From contig OZ024758.1 of the NCBI GenBank assembly GCA_964016885.1, forward strand, positions 29,946,001-30,010,000: a stretch of 64,000 bases of DNA, given 5' to 3'. Source of the stretch: Eledone cirrhosa (Eukaryota). The notes beneath the pieces were generated by a model. The model made no database searches, was not told the origin of the DNA, and saw only the letters and a list, made by a program, of their open reading frames with translations. This document shows, piece by piece, positions 1-14,383 of the stretch (positions are counted from its first letter, which is position 1; every line of letters begins with the position of its first letter). Both the position numbers and the translations under genes were made by a program.

Positions 1-152
1 AAGAGGAAGACCAACGTTAACGTATGTTGATGCCCTAAGGACAGACACTGGTCTGTTGGAGACGCAGGACATGGCAGCGATAATGAGGGACAGACTGCTG
101 GAGAGAACTCGTCCATGGATCTCGGGAATTTTACCCGCCTTAGAATAGAATA
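1..152 (+). mobile_element. 3' end of the same LINE family as 30490-30885
   Basis: Near-identical to 30765-30885, with a (tagaa)n tail. Confidence 0.8.
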
Positions 153-683
153 GAATTATATATAAATATAGTAAAATCAAAAATATATTTATTTATACAG
201 AGTATATATTATTTATTATATATAAATTAACGATTTTATTTATTATATATTATTTACAACTTGTGTGTAGAAAGATCTCTCTGGAAATAGGGTTGGGGTG
301 AGGGCTGGGGGTATTACTTGGCCGTGAGGGGGGGGGCAAACTTTTGAGAACCTCTGATCTAGATTGTATTTCCATGGAAAATAATTTGTTTCTTTGGAAA
401 ATGTTAGTTTTAACATCTATACCCATACACAAAACTGCACTCGTGTCTGTGTGTGTGTGTGTGTGCACGTACGTGTTTGTATGTGTGTGTGCACATACGC
501 GTTAGTATGTGTGTGTGCACATACGCGTTAGTATGTGTGTGTGTGCACGTGTGTGGTTGATTTGTTGTCCATAAAACAGAACAAGAGATGGCCACCTCTA
601 TGTAGGAAAGGTCACAACAGGATTGCAGTGTTTTTCACACTGAAGAGAAATGTAGCAACATCAGCTGTTAAAAGTACTGTTAT

Positions 684-717
<34 letters not shown>

Positions 718-1271
718 ACTTTAAAACTGTTAATGTTGATATGTTGGTATTTGGGGTACTTATGCAATATTTATCACTTATAGCAAAAATATAATAAGGA
801 TTTCTTATATTGGCACAATATCAAATGCTTTGGTGAATGTTTGCAATGGATTATGAACGAGGCTTTGCTATTTATCACCCTGATGATGACGACGACGACG
901 TTTTCTTTATTAACCACGAAAATAATAATTGTTTCTACTTTTGGCACAAGGCTAGCAATTACCCAGTACATTACTGGTACTTTATTTTATCGACCCCGTA
1001 AGGATGAAAGGCAAAGTTGACCTCGGCGGGATTGAGGATGAGGGGATGAGTAAGTATATTACAGAATTGGCAAACAGCAGGCCTTAGATTGCATATTTAA
1101 ATATTGGCTTAGAAAACTACTAAAAATAGCATACAATATAATAGTTTCTACTTTTGGCACAAGACCAGCAATTATCACAGTATATTACTGGTACTTTATT
1201 TTATCGATCCCCGTAAGGATGAAAGGCCAAGTTAACCAATATAATGGACCAAATAGTAGTCTCCTTTAGTG

Positions 1272-1608
1272 CAGAGGTTCTCAAACTTTTTGGTCCCCCT
1301 CCCCCTCGCGGCCATGTAATAACCCCACCCCACCCCACCCCCTATTTCTAGAGAGACCTGTCTACATGCAAATTGTAAATAATATATAATAAAATCGTTA
1401 ATTTATATATAATAAATAATATAATATATACTATGTATAAATAAATATATATTTTTTATTTTACTATATTTATATATATGTGTATCATTTGATATTTAAT
1501 ATACTATTATATCATCTCTACCTCCCCCTTAAGCCCCAGCATCCCCTGGGCCTTCTCACACCCCCCTCCCTCTCCAAAGGGTAGTAGTGCCCACTTTGAG
1601 AACCTCTG
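1272..1608. mobile_element. hAT-like MITE
   Basis: TIR cagaggttctcaaa and 8-bp TSD ctttagtg/cttcagtg. Related copies at ~155-356 and 20047-21625. Confidence 0.8.
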
Positions 1609-2068
1609 CTTCAGTGCTAAGTATATTTGAGGGTTCTTAACAAATCCCAGTTTGTTTCAGTTACCTTACGCAACATTTTAGTCCATGATATGCAGTTGCA
1701 TATGAGAATATTCTTTTTAATCTTGTCTAGCAAGCCTCTGCATGGCTGCTTTGACCTGCTAGAAATAGCCAATTTCTCTTCAAATGACACCCTACAGCAA
1801 AGTCCCCTTTCGGTCACGAATGACCAAGGGATTTGCATGAAGAAAGTTCCCCTCCGAAGCACAAGTCCGGGCAAGGTTGTTTGTGGAAGACTAGCATTCG
1901 GCCATTGCATACCAGTCTCCCTTCTCCGTGACAGCAATGTTGTCTAAGGGAAAGGTGCAAAAGTCGATGCAGCTTGGCACCAGTGACATCACAACTCATT
2001 TCTACATGGAGCAACGTGAAATGAAGCGTCACCCGGTCCGGGAATCGAACCCACAACCTCATAATTAC

Positions 2069-2204
2069 AAGGTGCATTAGATAATTTATTACAAAAAAGG
2101 GTGCATTAGATAATTTATTACAAAAAAGGGTGCATTAGATAATTTATTACAAAAAAGGGTGCATTAGATAATTTATTACAAAAAAGGGTGCATTAGATAA
2201 TTTA
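2069..2204. repeat. 29-bp tandem repeat
   Basis: Unit ggtgcattagataatttattacaaaaaag, about 4.5 copies. Confidence 0.9.
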
Positions 2205-3200
2205 TCTTAGGATACATTATCATTGTCTCTAAAGGAAAAGACGGGATTGCCGCTGCTGGAATGGAACATGAGTCTGTTTCATGAGGGCTGGCCCAGGGCT
2301 CTAAACGTCAGATTGGCAATTATAAGGCTTACAGATCAAACTTATCACTTGAAATGGTGAATTGCTTTGTCTTGAGACATGTAACACTGTAGCGTAGTGC
2401 ATGTAGCTGGATATGAACTTACAACTCTAGCAGTTGAAAGTCGAATGCATTTTAATATTCAGCTAATTTTGGTGAATGTCCTTCCGTTTTCCACAAGTGA
2501 AACAGTTCTACAACAGCTGTCACTATTTCAGCTACTCCAGTTTCTGCAATAATGATGGGAATAATGGATAACAGCAACAGACTGCAGCTATTCATAGATG
2601 TTTGTATTATATGCATGATAGTCGTGGAGGCTGGATGGATAAAAAGGATCATAAGTGTGGTAGGGTGGGTAATAACAGTGATAAAGAGGGGGAAGACGGT
2701 GGCTGCAGTAATAGCTGTAGTGACAGCGGCGGTGGTGGTGGTCTTAATGGTTGCATGATGAGCATATTAATGGTAATGCTAGTGAGGTGGAGGAAAACAT
2801 GACAATGGTAACAGAGGGTGTGGTGATGGTGTTGGTGGTTCATGTCAAATGGTGGTGTTAGTGTTGGGGATGCTAATGTAGTGTCAGATTATTTAACCGA
2901 AAAATAATCTCGTCCAGGTTTTGAAATTTCATGGGAACTGAAAACTGTTGTGATATTTTCTTTGAAAGTTTCGAGGAATCTACTTCCCGCCATTATAGAG
3001 GCATTATTGGGACATCCTGTGCTTGATTTTTTGTTCTTTTCCTATTTGTATTGTTTTTGTTTTTGTTTTTTTTCTTTTTGCTGCTCAGAAACCACTTGAA
3101 ATTTGACTGCAATTGACAGTAAACACCCTTTCGTGCTGATTCGCTTGGACAAACCTGTTGACAAAAGTTTTAAGAAAGAAAGCACACTATTTTCATAGAG

Positions 3201-3384
3201 GGCGGTGAATTGGCAGTATCGGTAGAGGGTCGGACGCCATGCTTTCCAGCATAGTTACGTCTCTTTATGGTCCGAGTTCAAATCCCACCGAGGTTGACTT
3301 TGCCTTTCATCCTTACGGGGCCGATAAAATAAAGTACCAGTAATGTACTGTGTAATTGCTGGCCTTGTGCCAAAAGTAGAAACA
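3201..3384 (+). mobile_element. tRNA-derived SINE family A (full-length representative)
   Basis: A-box tggcagtatcgg, B-box gagttcaaatcc, core gcctttcatccttacggggtcgataaaataaagtacc, 16-bp TSD actattttcatagagg. More than 25 full or partial copies, e.g. 5591-5776(-), 8735-8918, 21347-21520, 47845-48025, 61381-61557. Confidence 0.92.
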
Positions 3385-6300
3385 ACTATTTTCATAGAGG
3401 AGAAAAGATATTTATTGCCATGAATAGGCCTTATGTGATCAGAAATAATCGATCAGTGGATGATCAATCGACCTTATTGATTTGTTTCTATAAAGTGTAG
3501 TACATATTCCTAACATAAAAATGTTAGGAATATGTACTACACTTTATAGGGTGAACTGAATACGAGGGTCGACTGAAAAGTTCATAGGCTGCCCAAGATA
3601 GTTTCATAGAAAGACCAAATGAGGTTTATTCTAACATAGATCACTCTTGATCCTTGTAGAGATTCAGAAAATGATTAGAATTGTCGGGTCCTAGATAGAA
3701 AACCAGTCTTTGGGATGCTGTTTTGCCTGGATTATATTTGTGAGGTCATCATGAGGGAGATTATTAGAAACTGAAAATTTGTGATAAACAAAAGGTTGTA
3801 GAAGAAATTAAAAAATAAACTTGGTACATGTGTGTAGCTCGGAGATGAGAGAGTCACTCCAGGTAGAGCTGCTACTTCTCCGAATCGAGAGATCACAGCT
3901 CTGATACTATGAGCATGTGGTTAGAATGTCTCAGGAAATAATCGCAGGATAGATATTATGGGCAAAACCAACCGGTAGGAGACTCAGGGGTAGACGTTAA
4001 GCAAGATGGTTGGATAACATCCATGAGCTTGGCTGGTCACGCTTCGGGATCTAGCCGGATCAGTTGGAGACAGTTGCTTCTGACAGGACCCACTGGAAGG
4101 AGTGTTTAAAGACTCTGGCTCCACAACCCTCTCAGGAATAAGTGGGTGAAGAAAAGAAGACATGTGAATTGAAAATGTAAACATAAGTCAGAGAAAAACA
4201 TTATTTTTCTTTTTAGTTGTCTCCAATGCTTCAATATTGACAAGTTCCTTCTAGTATGTGGGTTTGTTTCAGCTGTCATAGCACTGTCTTTCAAGTTAAA
4301 TGTTTTGTCTTTTGGTATGTGTGTGTGTGTGTTTGTGTCTTCAAACTTAGCTGTTCAGCAGAAATGTCATAGACAGAATAAGTATAATTATTGCAGAGAG
4401 TTACGGCCCTTGCCATTCTGAGTTCGAATCCCGCCGAGGTTAACTTTACTTTTCATCCTTACGGGGTCGATAAAATAAAGTACCAGTAATGCACCGGGGT
4501 AGATTTAATTGACTTTCTCCACCCTTAAAATTGTTGGCCTTTTGCCTAAATCAGAAACTATCTATATATAAATTTGTGCGACTTCCGTCTGTCACACAAT
4601 GTGTGTGTGAGTGTGTGTCTGTGTTTGCGCATTTATATTTATATACTCATACTTATAAATGTATGCGCATACACACACGCACATCCGCATACACGTCAGC
4701 GTGTTGAAAAAAATCCTAGTTATTAAAAAAGTAAGTACTGAGGTCAACATGATTGATTAAATCAAGACAAATACCCCAGCATGGCCGCTGTCAATTGACT
4801 GAAAGCAGTGAAAGAGTAAATGAGTAAATTTAAAGAGGGGCTAAAAAAATGCACAGTAAAACGAATAGGGCCGACAATCCCAGGTTAGAATGTATTTCTG
4901 GAGAGAAAGAAGAAGAATTGGGGAAGTATTTGCTATGGGTTCTGGTAGGGGTGGTTAATATACTGAGAGGGGGTGAATAGACTTTTAAGTAGGTGAAATC
5001 TAGAAATTCAGAGAAACATGAGCCGTTGGAAGACAATATTCAATGACTTGTGCTGATAATGTTTGTAAATGGAGTATTGCCAATGAAATATCTATAGACT
5101 TTATTTGGGATACGGTAGGAAATGTGTGTGTACGTAATGGCTGTACTTTTACAAATGTATGAACATATGAACATTCATAACAGAAAGACAAAGTGGTTAA
5201 AACATTTTTTCTTTGATAATGTACTGTTAGATTATATCAGAAAATTGCTGTAGAAATGTATTTTGTAAGATGTAAACAATTCTACTTGTTTCTTCAAGAG
5301 CCTGAAATAACTTTCTGTGAAACTTATTCAACAGGAACACATTTTTGTTCATTATTCCGAAGTCAATGTTGTGTTACATACTTCCGGGTCGATAAAATAA
5401 AGTACCAGTCAAGTACTGCGGATCGAATTATTAGACTGTCCCCTTTCCCTTCAATATTTCTGACCTTATGCCTATGTTAAAAATGATTATTATCTATACT
5501 ATAATGAAGTAAGGAGCTCGGGACTGCGTACGGTTTATAATTTTTTTTATCCCATTAGTAAAATAAGTTGGATTACTTTGAATAAATAATTGTTTCTACT
5601 TTAGGCACAAGGCCAGCAATTACCCAGTACATTACTGGTACTTTATTTTATCGACCCTGTAAGGATGAAAGGCAAAGTTAACCTAGGCGGGATTTGAACG
5701 CAGACTGTAAAGGGACGTAACTATGCTAGAAAGCATGGCGTCCAACCCTCTACTGATACTGCCAATTCACCGCCCTTTACTTTGAATAAATAATGAATGA
5801 ATATTACATAATTTATCTACTAAATTTCGTGGCTGTTGATTAAATATATTTTATTTTTTATTTAAAGATTCACTTCTTTAAAATTTTCAAATGTCAACAC
5901 TTCCGGTTAGCGATCGCCTAAATAAACATTCATATATTTCCGATACTAATTTTCCCCTAATGCAGTTTATATATAATATCGTCTTTTTTTAATGTATCAT
6001 GGATTACGTTACTGATTACATAAGACAGTGTAACATAGACTTCGTTCAATTTCTGTGTATATTGTCAATTACGATTTTATTTGATGTATCATATCTACAT
6101 GTATATATACTTGTGTATAATATCAATATACACACTACACAGGCGAGCAGAAAACCATCCGAATCATGTAGAGCGTCGGACAACATGGTTTATGGCACTG
6201 AGGTACGGCCCTTTATGTTCTGAGTTCAAATCCTGCCAAGGTTAACTTTGCCTTTCATCCTTACGGAGTCAATGAAATTATCAGTAATACACTGGTGTCA

Positions 6301-7795
6301 ATTTAACCGACTTTCCCTTTCCCTTAAAAATGCTGGCCTTGTGCCAAACAGTTGAAACAATTATTTACAGTATTTAGTTACGAGTCCTTCTGCTACTTGT
6401 AAAGGCGATGAGATATATCGTGTATAAACTCACGTACACGTGAGATGCCGTGCGTATTCCATCAAACGATACTATACCTGTTAAATATATATATGTTATA
6501 CCCCCCCCCCTATTTGAAGTAGCATTGTTTGTGTATTTTGGTTGCCTTTTCTTTCTTTTCGCTCATAATATGAAAAATCGGCGGCACAACAACAGTTTCG
6601 TTTCTCAACCTCTGACTTTTTTTCCCTCACGTTTTTAGTAATGCATACTTTATAATAAAATTTTGCAGTTGCGTTTTCAAAGGTGTAGTCTACGATTAGA
6701 GTACATATTTTTCTTTGAAATATGTCTTGTATATATACAATATATTGTGTATTATAGGCAAAGTTAACCTCGGCAGGATTTGAACTCAGAATGGCAAGTT
6801 ATATATATACACAATATATTGTGTATTATATATATATAATACACAATATATTGTGTATTATATATATAACTTGCCATTCTGAGTTCAAATCCCGCCGAGG
6901 TTAACTTTGCCTTTCATCCTTACGGGGTCGATAAAATAAAGTACCAGTAATACACTGAATAATTGCTGGCCTTGTGCCAAAAGTAGAAACAATTATATAT
7001 ATATAATAAAGATGACTATATTCTACCATTGTATTGAGTACTTTTTTTAAATGTGGTTACCCCGACACAATTCGGGAATATTTTAGCTAAATACAGGGAC
7101 AGTAAATTCATTCACATACTTTTAAACATTTTTATTTATATGTTACAGTAGTGAACACATAATCCAAAAATTACCTGTCATATGACGTAATTTGGGGTGG
7201 AGTATGTGTTTACTACTGTAGCATTATATAAAGAAAAATGTCTAAAAGTATATGAATGAATTTACTGTCCTTGAATTTTACTAAAACAATTCATTATATT
7301 ACTCCCGATGAAAGCAGGATTTGAGAAAAAGGTAAAAAAAAAATAGATATTGAGGAAGGGAATATATATTTTCATATATGTATATTCGATTCATGAAAAA
7401 TAATGCAGAAAGAATGAAAAAAGAACTTAAACTTCGTACAAACACTATAAACATTTGCTATTGTCTCAACTGACGATAATTACTTGTTTGTGTGCATTAC
7501 GCGTTCTTTAACTATATCACTCTCATTCACACCGCTCAGTATGTATACTCCTTCTTCAACCCCTATGTAAATTACTCCCCCTCTGTCTCTATGTGTTAAT
7601 GAATGATAATTAAAAAAAGAAAATATTTAAGAATGAGCGGGAAACACCAACGCTATCTGTTCTAGCGTGTAAATTCTTTTCTGGATATTTTGTTTTTATT
7701 GGTTTGTTTCTCTCGTAAATCATATATATTATATAAATTGTAACAGAATATTGCGACATGAAAAACTGTTGGAAGTAGTCTTATAGTAATGAAAG

Positions 7796-8002
7796 TACAG
7801 TAGTCCCCCGGTATTCACGGAGGTTACGTCCCTAGAGCACCAGCGAATAGTGAGAAACCGCGAATATTGGACGTGGTAAAAAAAAAAAATGCATATAGAC
7901 GTCAAAATATATCGTGAAATATAACAAAAGGGCGTCAAATACGATATATTAGTTAGGTTCTAAGAAAAAATACGCGAATACCCAGAACCGCGAATATCGG
8001 GA
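7796..8002. mobile_element. Tigger/pogo-like MITE
   Basis: Starts ta-cagtagtcccccggtattcacgg, has repeated accgcgaata motifs, and the right end is partial. Confidence 0.55.
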
Positions 8003-8987
8003 CAAGGAATGCTGTTGAGCGAACATTCGCTGCCATAAAAGGCCTCACACGTGGCTCAAGCAGAACATGAAAACAAAACGTTAAAAACACTCCAAGCTTG
8101 GGCTAAGAGATTTTATTTTTATCATTATTATTTTCTGAGCTATTTTTACTTTCGTTTCGTATATATTCTTGGTGCTTGTCTTGTTCTACACCATTCTGTC
8201 TGTTTTCTTATTTAAGGTACTTATATTACTACCAAGTGAAGGCCCCATAAATATATCTCTGTTTACATGCCTTTAACGTGGAAGTAAATAAATGTAGAAA
8301 GGGTTTTTCATATTTCTCTTTTACTCTCTCTTCTATTTCCTTTTCTTTCTTAGTCTTTCGTTCTATATTTTATTCTTTATTAACGTAAGTGTATTAATAG
8401 AATTTAAGCAATATTTATGTCAGTATTATATAATATAACGTTATAATCTCTATATAAATTTGAACGACTTCCGTCCGTCACGCAATGTGTGTGTGTAGTG
8501 TTCCGTTTTGTTTGCTGTTCAAGAGATATGACTTTGTGTGTGAGTGTGTGTGTGAGTGTTTGTGTATGTATATGTGTGTGTGTGTGTGTGTGTTTGAGAG
8601 AGCATGCACGTGTGTGTGTGAGCATGCACATATGTGTGTGTGTGTTTGTATGTGCATGTGTGTATGAGCTTGCACATGTATGTGTGTGGGCTACAGCTAT
8701 TTTTAAGATTCCTATACACGTCACATTATCATTATGGATTGGCAGTATCGGTAGAAGGTCGGACCCCATGCTTTGCAGCATAGAGTTACGGCCCTTTATG
8801 GTCTGAGTTCAAATCCCGCCAAGATTAACTTTGCTTTCAATCCTTATGGGGTCGATAAAATAAAGTACCAGTAATACACTGGGATAATTGCTGGCCTTGT
8901 GCTAAAAGTAGAAACAATTATCACTGTATTCCATTGAAAATCCCACATGAGTTTAATGCACATCAAAATAAATGTAGTGTGCAGCAG

Positions 8988-9469
8988 CTAGCTGTAATAT
9001 GACCCAATCAATTCATATAGTGGGCAGGTAGCTGTAATATGACCCAATCAATTCATATAGTGGGCAGGTAGCTGTAAGATGACCCAATCAATTCATATAG
9101 TGGGCAGGTAGCTGTAAGATGACCCAATCAATTCATATAGTGGGCAGGTAGCTGTAATATGACCCAATCAATTCATATAGTGGACAGGTAGCTGTAAGAT
9201 GACCCAATCAATTCATATAGTGGGCAGGTAGCTGTAAGGTGACCCAATCAATTCATATAGTGGGCAGGTAGCTGTAATATGACCCAATCAATTCATATAG
9301 TGGACAGGTAGCTGTAAGATGACCCAATCAATTCATATAGTGGGCAGGTAGCTGTAAGATGACCCAATCAATTCATATAGTGGGCAGGTAGCTGTAAGAT
9401 GACCCAATCAATTCATATAGTGGGCAGGTAGCTGTAAGATGACCCAATCAATTCATATAGTGGGCAGGT
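8988..9469. repeat. 40-bp minisatellite, 12 copies
   Basis: Unit gctgtaa(g/t)atgacccaatcaattcatatagtgggcaggta. Confidence 0.95.
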
Positions 9470-10262
9470 CATTATTAAAATATTGCTGAAAATCGTTTCA
9501 GGCATGTATTTAAAAAAAGTGTAAAACTGTTCTTAATGTAAATGTTATGAAGATGGCTGACTTTGTGGTATGCTGTTCACAATTGTAAGATCATGAGTTC
9601 AATTCCCAGCAGAGAGGTTGTAGGTTGTATCCTTGAGTAAGACACTTTATTTCACGTTGCTCCAGTCCACTCAGCTGGCAAAAGTAAAATGGGTTGTAGC
9701 TGTAATTTGAAGGGGTCAGTTTTATCACATTTTATTCAGTATGTGTCATGCTGAATCTCCCTGAGAATTACATTAAGGTTACACGTGTCTGTGGAATGCT
9801 CAGCCACTTGCACGTTAATTTCACGAGCAGGCTGTTCTGTTGATCGTACCAACTGGAAGACTCATCGTCATAACTGACGGAGTGTCAGTTTTGATAATTG
9901 AACTGTTGGCTGTTGAAGAGGAAAGGTTAAAAGGAAATATAATACAAATAGAAAGCAGGAACAAATACTTTTAACATTTTTAAATTGTTTATTCCTGTCA
10001 TTTATTCTGAAGACTTTTGATTGATTGTCCCCTTAGTTTAAAACATCATGTCACATGCTTATTAGATTTTATTAACCCTTTCGTTATCATATCTGTGATT
10101 TTTTTTTTCAAAATAATTATGAAAAAAATGAAGCGTTTGAAGAAATTTAGAAATGTAACTAACTTTTAAATTATTTATTTATCTAGGGTTTGTAACATAC
10201 CGTATATACTCAATTATACACAGAGGAATACGTGACCAAAAAAAAATTGAATATCCCTTCTG

Positions 10263-10292
<30 letters not shown>

Positions 10293-10295
<3 letters not shown>

Positions 10296-10592
10296 TCATC
10301 ATCATCATCACCGTTTTACGTCCGTTCTTCCACGCTAGCATGGGTTAGACGGGTTGTCCTGTTGTGGGCAGTGTCTGGTCGGCTGACCATGCCTTGCTCA
10401 TACAGGAACTGATCTGGCTTGATTTCTACAGCTGGATGCCCTTCCTAACACCAACCTCATTTACAGTGAGTGCTGGGTGCTTTTTCGTGGCGCCTACACG
10501 TCCACTTTACAGTGTGGGCTGGGTGCTTTTTTGCCGTGGCACCTCCACGACCACCTTGCGGTGGGGGGGGGGGGGCATATTGTTTATATGCT
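10293..10592 (-). mobile_element. 3' UTR and (GAT)n tail of the RTE LINE
   Basis: Directly follows the ORF stop. Ends in ggacgtaaaacggtgatgatgat and shares its tail with SINE family B. Confidence 0.75.
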
Positions 10593-13255
10593 TCAGCATG
10601 TACCCATGGGAGGTCGGGTACCCTGTATTACTGCGTGACGCCAGAAGTCACGGTCGTGTGTCATTGACTTTGAGAGGTGTAGTTGGGTAAGGTCGGCTTT
10701 TATCACCTCATCCCAAGTCATCTTGGGTCTCCCCACTCCGCGGTTTCCATCAACTTCTAGTGCTCTGCACCTTTTTATGCAGCTGTCATCCTTCATACGC
10801 ATCACATGTCCATACCAGCGTAACCGCCTCTCCTGCACGCAGCATTTGATTCCTCTTATGCTCAGTCTCTCTCTCAATTCATTTATGCTTTGTCGTTCAC
10901 GTATATTACTGTTACACATCCATCGGAGCATGCAGGCTTCGTTTCTCTCTAATCTACGTAAGTCTTCCACCTTCAGCGCCCAGGTCTCACTACCATGCAA
11001 CATCGCTGTTCGGATACACGCATCATACAGTCTGCCTTTCATTCTGAGGGAGAAGCCTTTTGCAGCTAGCAGTGGTAGTAGTTCCCTAAACTTCTTCCAT
11101 CCCGTTCTTACCCTAGTTATTGTACTTTCTGAGCACCCACCTCCGTTGCTAATTCGGTCACCTAGGTAGCAGAAGCTGTCTACTGTTTCTACAGGGCCCT
11201 CCCAGAGATTGGTGGTACTTGTTTCCTGTGGCTGTTTGCTTGCTGTTTCAGCACAGCTGCTGCATGTGAATCCTACATTCTTAATTAAGCTTCCTGAGAT
11301 CCCGCTACATCTCTTGTGTACCCATTGTTTGCATTTGGGGCAAAGAATGGAGTTCCTACCTACACCTTTCCTACATACTGAGCAAGGCCATTTCCCTGAG
11401 GGGATCTGGGTTCTGTTTTCTCGTCTACTTATAAGGACCTTAGTCTTTGTCATGTTGACTTTGAGGCCCTTTCTCTCTAGTCCCTGCTTCCAGGTTTGGA
11501 ATTTATTCTCTAGTTCTACCATAGATTCAGCTATGAGTGCGAGGTCATCAGCATACAGGAGTTCCCATGGGCATCCGGTCTTAAACTCCTCCGTTATTGC
11601 CTGCAGGACTATGATGAACAGGAGAGGGCTAAGAACAGAGCCCTGGTGGACCCCAACCTGTACGCTAAATTCCTCGCTATACTCATTGCCAATCCTAACT
11701 TTGCTGACTGCTCCCCTATACATGGCTTGTACCGCTTTCACAAGCCATTCATCTACTCCTAGTTTTCTAAGAGCCCACCAGATTACTGCACGTGGAACTC
11801 TGTCAAAGGCTTTCTCAAGGTCGACAAATGCCAGGTAGAGTGGCTTACTTTTAGCTAGGTACTTTTCCTGTAATTGCCTCACAAGGAAGAGCGCATCAGT
11901 GGTGCCTTTCCCTGGAACAAACCCAAATTGCATCTCGTCTATATTCACCCGGTCCCTAATCAGCTGTGCTATAACTCTTTCTGTTACTTTCATGACCTGG
12001 TCCATCAACTTTATACCTCTATAGTTTCCTCTATCTAGTGCATCGCCTTTACCTTTGTAGCAGTTGACAATGATGCTACTGCACCAATCTTTTGGTATGG
12101 CCCCCTCTAGAATTACCTGGTTAACGATACGTGTGGTTATAGTGTGACCTACAGACCCAGATGCCTTCAGCATCTCGGCAGCTATACCCGATGGACCGGT
12201 TGCCTTCCCTATCTTCATATCTCTGATTGCCTTACTTACTACGCTGCCGCTGACTTGTACTGCTGGTCCCTCTATAGGGTCTACGTGGGGTAGGGTCTCT
12301 TCTTCCCATGCATTCTCCTCATTTAGTAATCTATCATAATGACTCTTCCATGCATCTTTCTTCTCAGCACTTGTGAGGGCAAGCTCACCTTTATCATTCC
12401 GGATACACTTCTCTCCAATGACATCACAACTATCTCTGACACACTGCCTCGCAATCTTGAATACCTCCTGTTTCTGGTCCTCACGTTGTAAAACATGCTT
12501 GAATTTTCTATCCTCTGCTTCCCTCCTAGCTAAGTATACTTGTCGCCTAGCTTCCCTCTTGGTCTCTATGTAATGTACCCTGCTCCCCCCGTTCTTCCAT
12601 TCTTTCCATGCCTGTCTCTTGGCCTTGACTGCTTCATCTACCTTATTGTTCCACCACCAAGTCACTCTCCTCCTGCTTGAGGTCTTACTCCAGCCACAAA
12701 CCTCATCCGTCGCCTCTAGTAAGTTATTTTTTAGGAACTCCCAGTTCTCTTCTACGTTAAATGTCTCTATCTGTTCTTCTTTACTGTCGTAGGCGTTGAG
12801 TAAAATATCTTTAAATCTGTTACTGGTTGAGGGGACTTTCAGCTTCCAGATCTTTCTTCTCCAGGTTGGCCTCTGTTTCAGGGCTCGTCTAGTTCTGACC
12901 GTGAGGTCGCTGACAACTAAGCTATGTTGGGATGTACATTCCTCACTAGGGAAGGCTTTTGTGTTTACGACCGTCCATCTGTCACGTCCTCTGATGAGAA
13001 TAAAATCTAACTGACTAGAGTGCTCCCCTGATCTATAGGTGATCAGGTGGTTGTCGGGTTTTTTAAAGTTTGTGTTACATATCGACATGTCATTGGCGTC
13101 GCAGAATTCTAGAAGTCTGAATCCTTCCTCATTCCTTGTGCCAACTCCATGGCCTCCATGTACTCTATTGAAGCCGTCGCAGTGTTTACCTACGTGTCCG
13201 TTAAAATCTCCTGCAATGATTAGGAAGTCCTTGTCGTCTGTTAGAGCAGTAGTGT
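10593..13255 (-). mobile_element. RTE-clade LINE, 5'-truncated ORF: partial APE endonuclease, reverse transcriptase and PHD-like finger
   Basis: The 831-aa ORF continues upstream with GDFNGHVG and NEEG..LLEFC. Motifs: QLDFIL, SQHSLV, QFGF, FVDLEKAFD, GVHQGSVLSP, LYADD, YLG. No internal stops. Confidence 0.97.
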
Positions 13256-13259
13256 GTAT

Positions 13260-13288
13260 TATATTATATTATATTATATATATATATG

Positions 13289-13367
<79 letters not shown>

Positions 13368-13370
13368 ATG

Positions 13371-13425
<55 letters not shown>

Positions 13426-13426
13426 G

Positions 13427-13473
<47 letters not shown>

Positions 13474-13484
13474 GTATATATATG

Positions 13485-13518
<34 letters not shown>

Positions 13519-13927
13519 TATATGTATGTATATATATATATACATACATATATATATATATATACATACATATATATATATATACATACATATATATATA
13601 TACATACATATATATATATATATACATACATATATATATATACATACGTATATATATATATACATACGTATATATATATATACATACATATATATATATA
13701 TACATATATATACATATATATATATATACATACATATATATATATATACATATATATACATATATATATATATACATATATATACATATATATACATATA
13801 TATACATATATATACATATATATATATATACACATATATATACATATATATATATACACATATATATACACACATATATACATATATATATACACATATA
13901 TATATACACATATATATATATATATAT

Positions 13928-13990
<63 letters not shown>

Positions 13991-14005
13991 CATATATATA
14001 TATAT
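13260..14005. repeat. (TA)n/(TACA) microsatellite
   Basis: Direct inspection. It truncates the RTE 5' end. Confidence 0.97.
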
Positions 14006-14339
14006 TTTTTTTCAACACACCTACAGCCCTACACTTATTAAAGGGGGAGAAAAAAAACCCCACCACACCACAAACATGTTAAATCCCTATATATAGAACA
14101 ACACACCACATACACATCAGTTTGACAAGCGCACCTCAGCATGAAAGGTCTTTCTAAAAACGAAACAATACCTCCTACGTTAACCAAGAACTCCTAAGAC
14201 CTAACCAACAACTTAATTTATAAAAAAAAATTTTTTTAAGAAAATTTTTTCTAATCCGGAAAAAAATTCTTTTTGGATTTTGTGAAGAAAATAAATTTGT
14301 TGAAAGCACAAGTGAAGCCATTTTTTTCTTCCCCCCTAT

Positions 14340-14383
<44 letters not shown>

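Noticed and set aside
8988-9469. CRISPR-like regular repeat
   Set aside because: Head-to-tail units without spacers, in a eukaryotic context.
13039-14096. Long YI/IY-rich ORFs (also at 41524-42103 and 39580-40100)
   Set aside because: Translations of TA/CA microsatellites.
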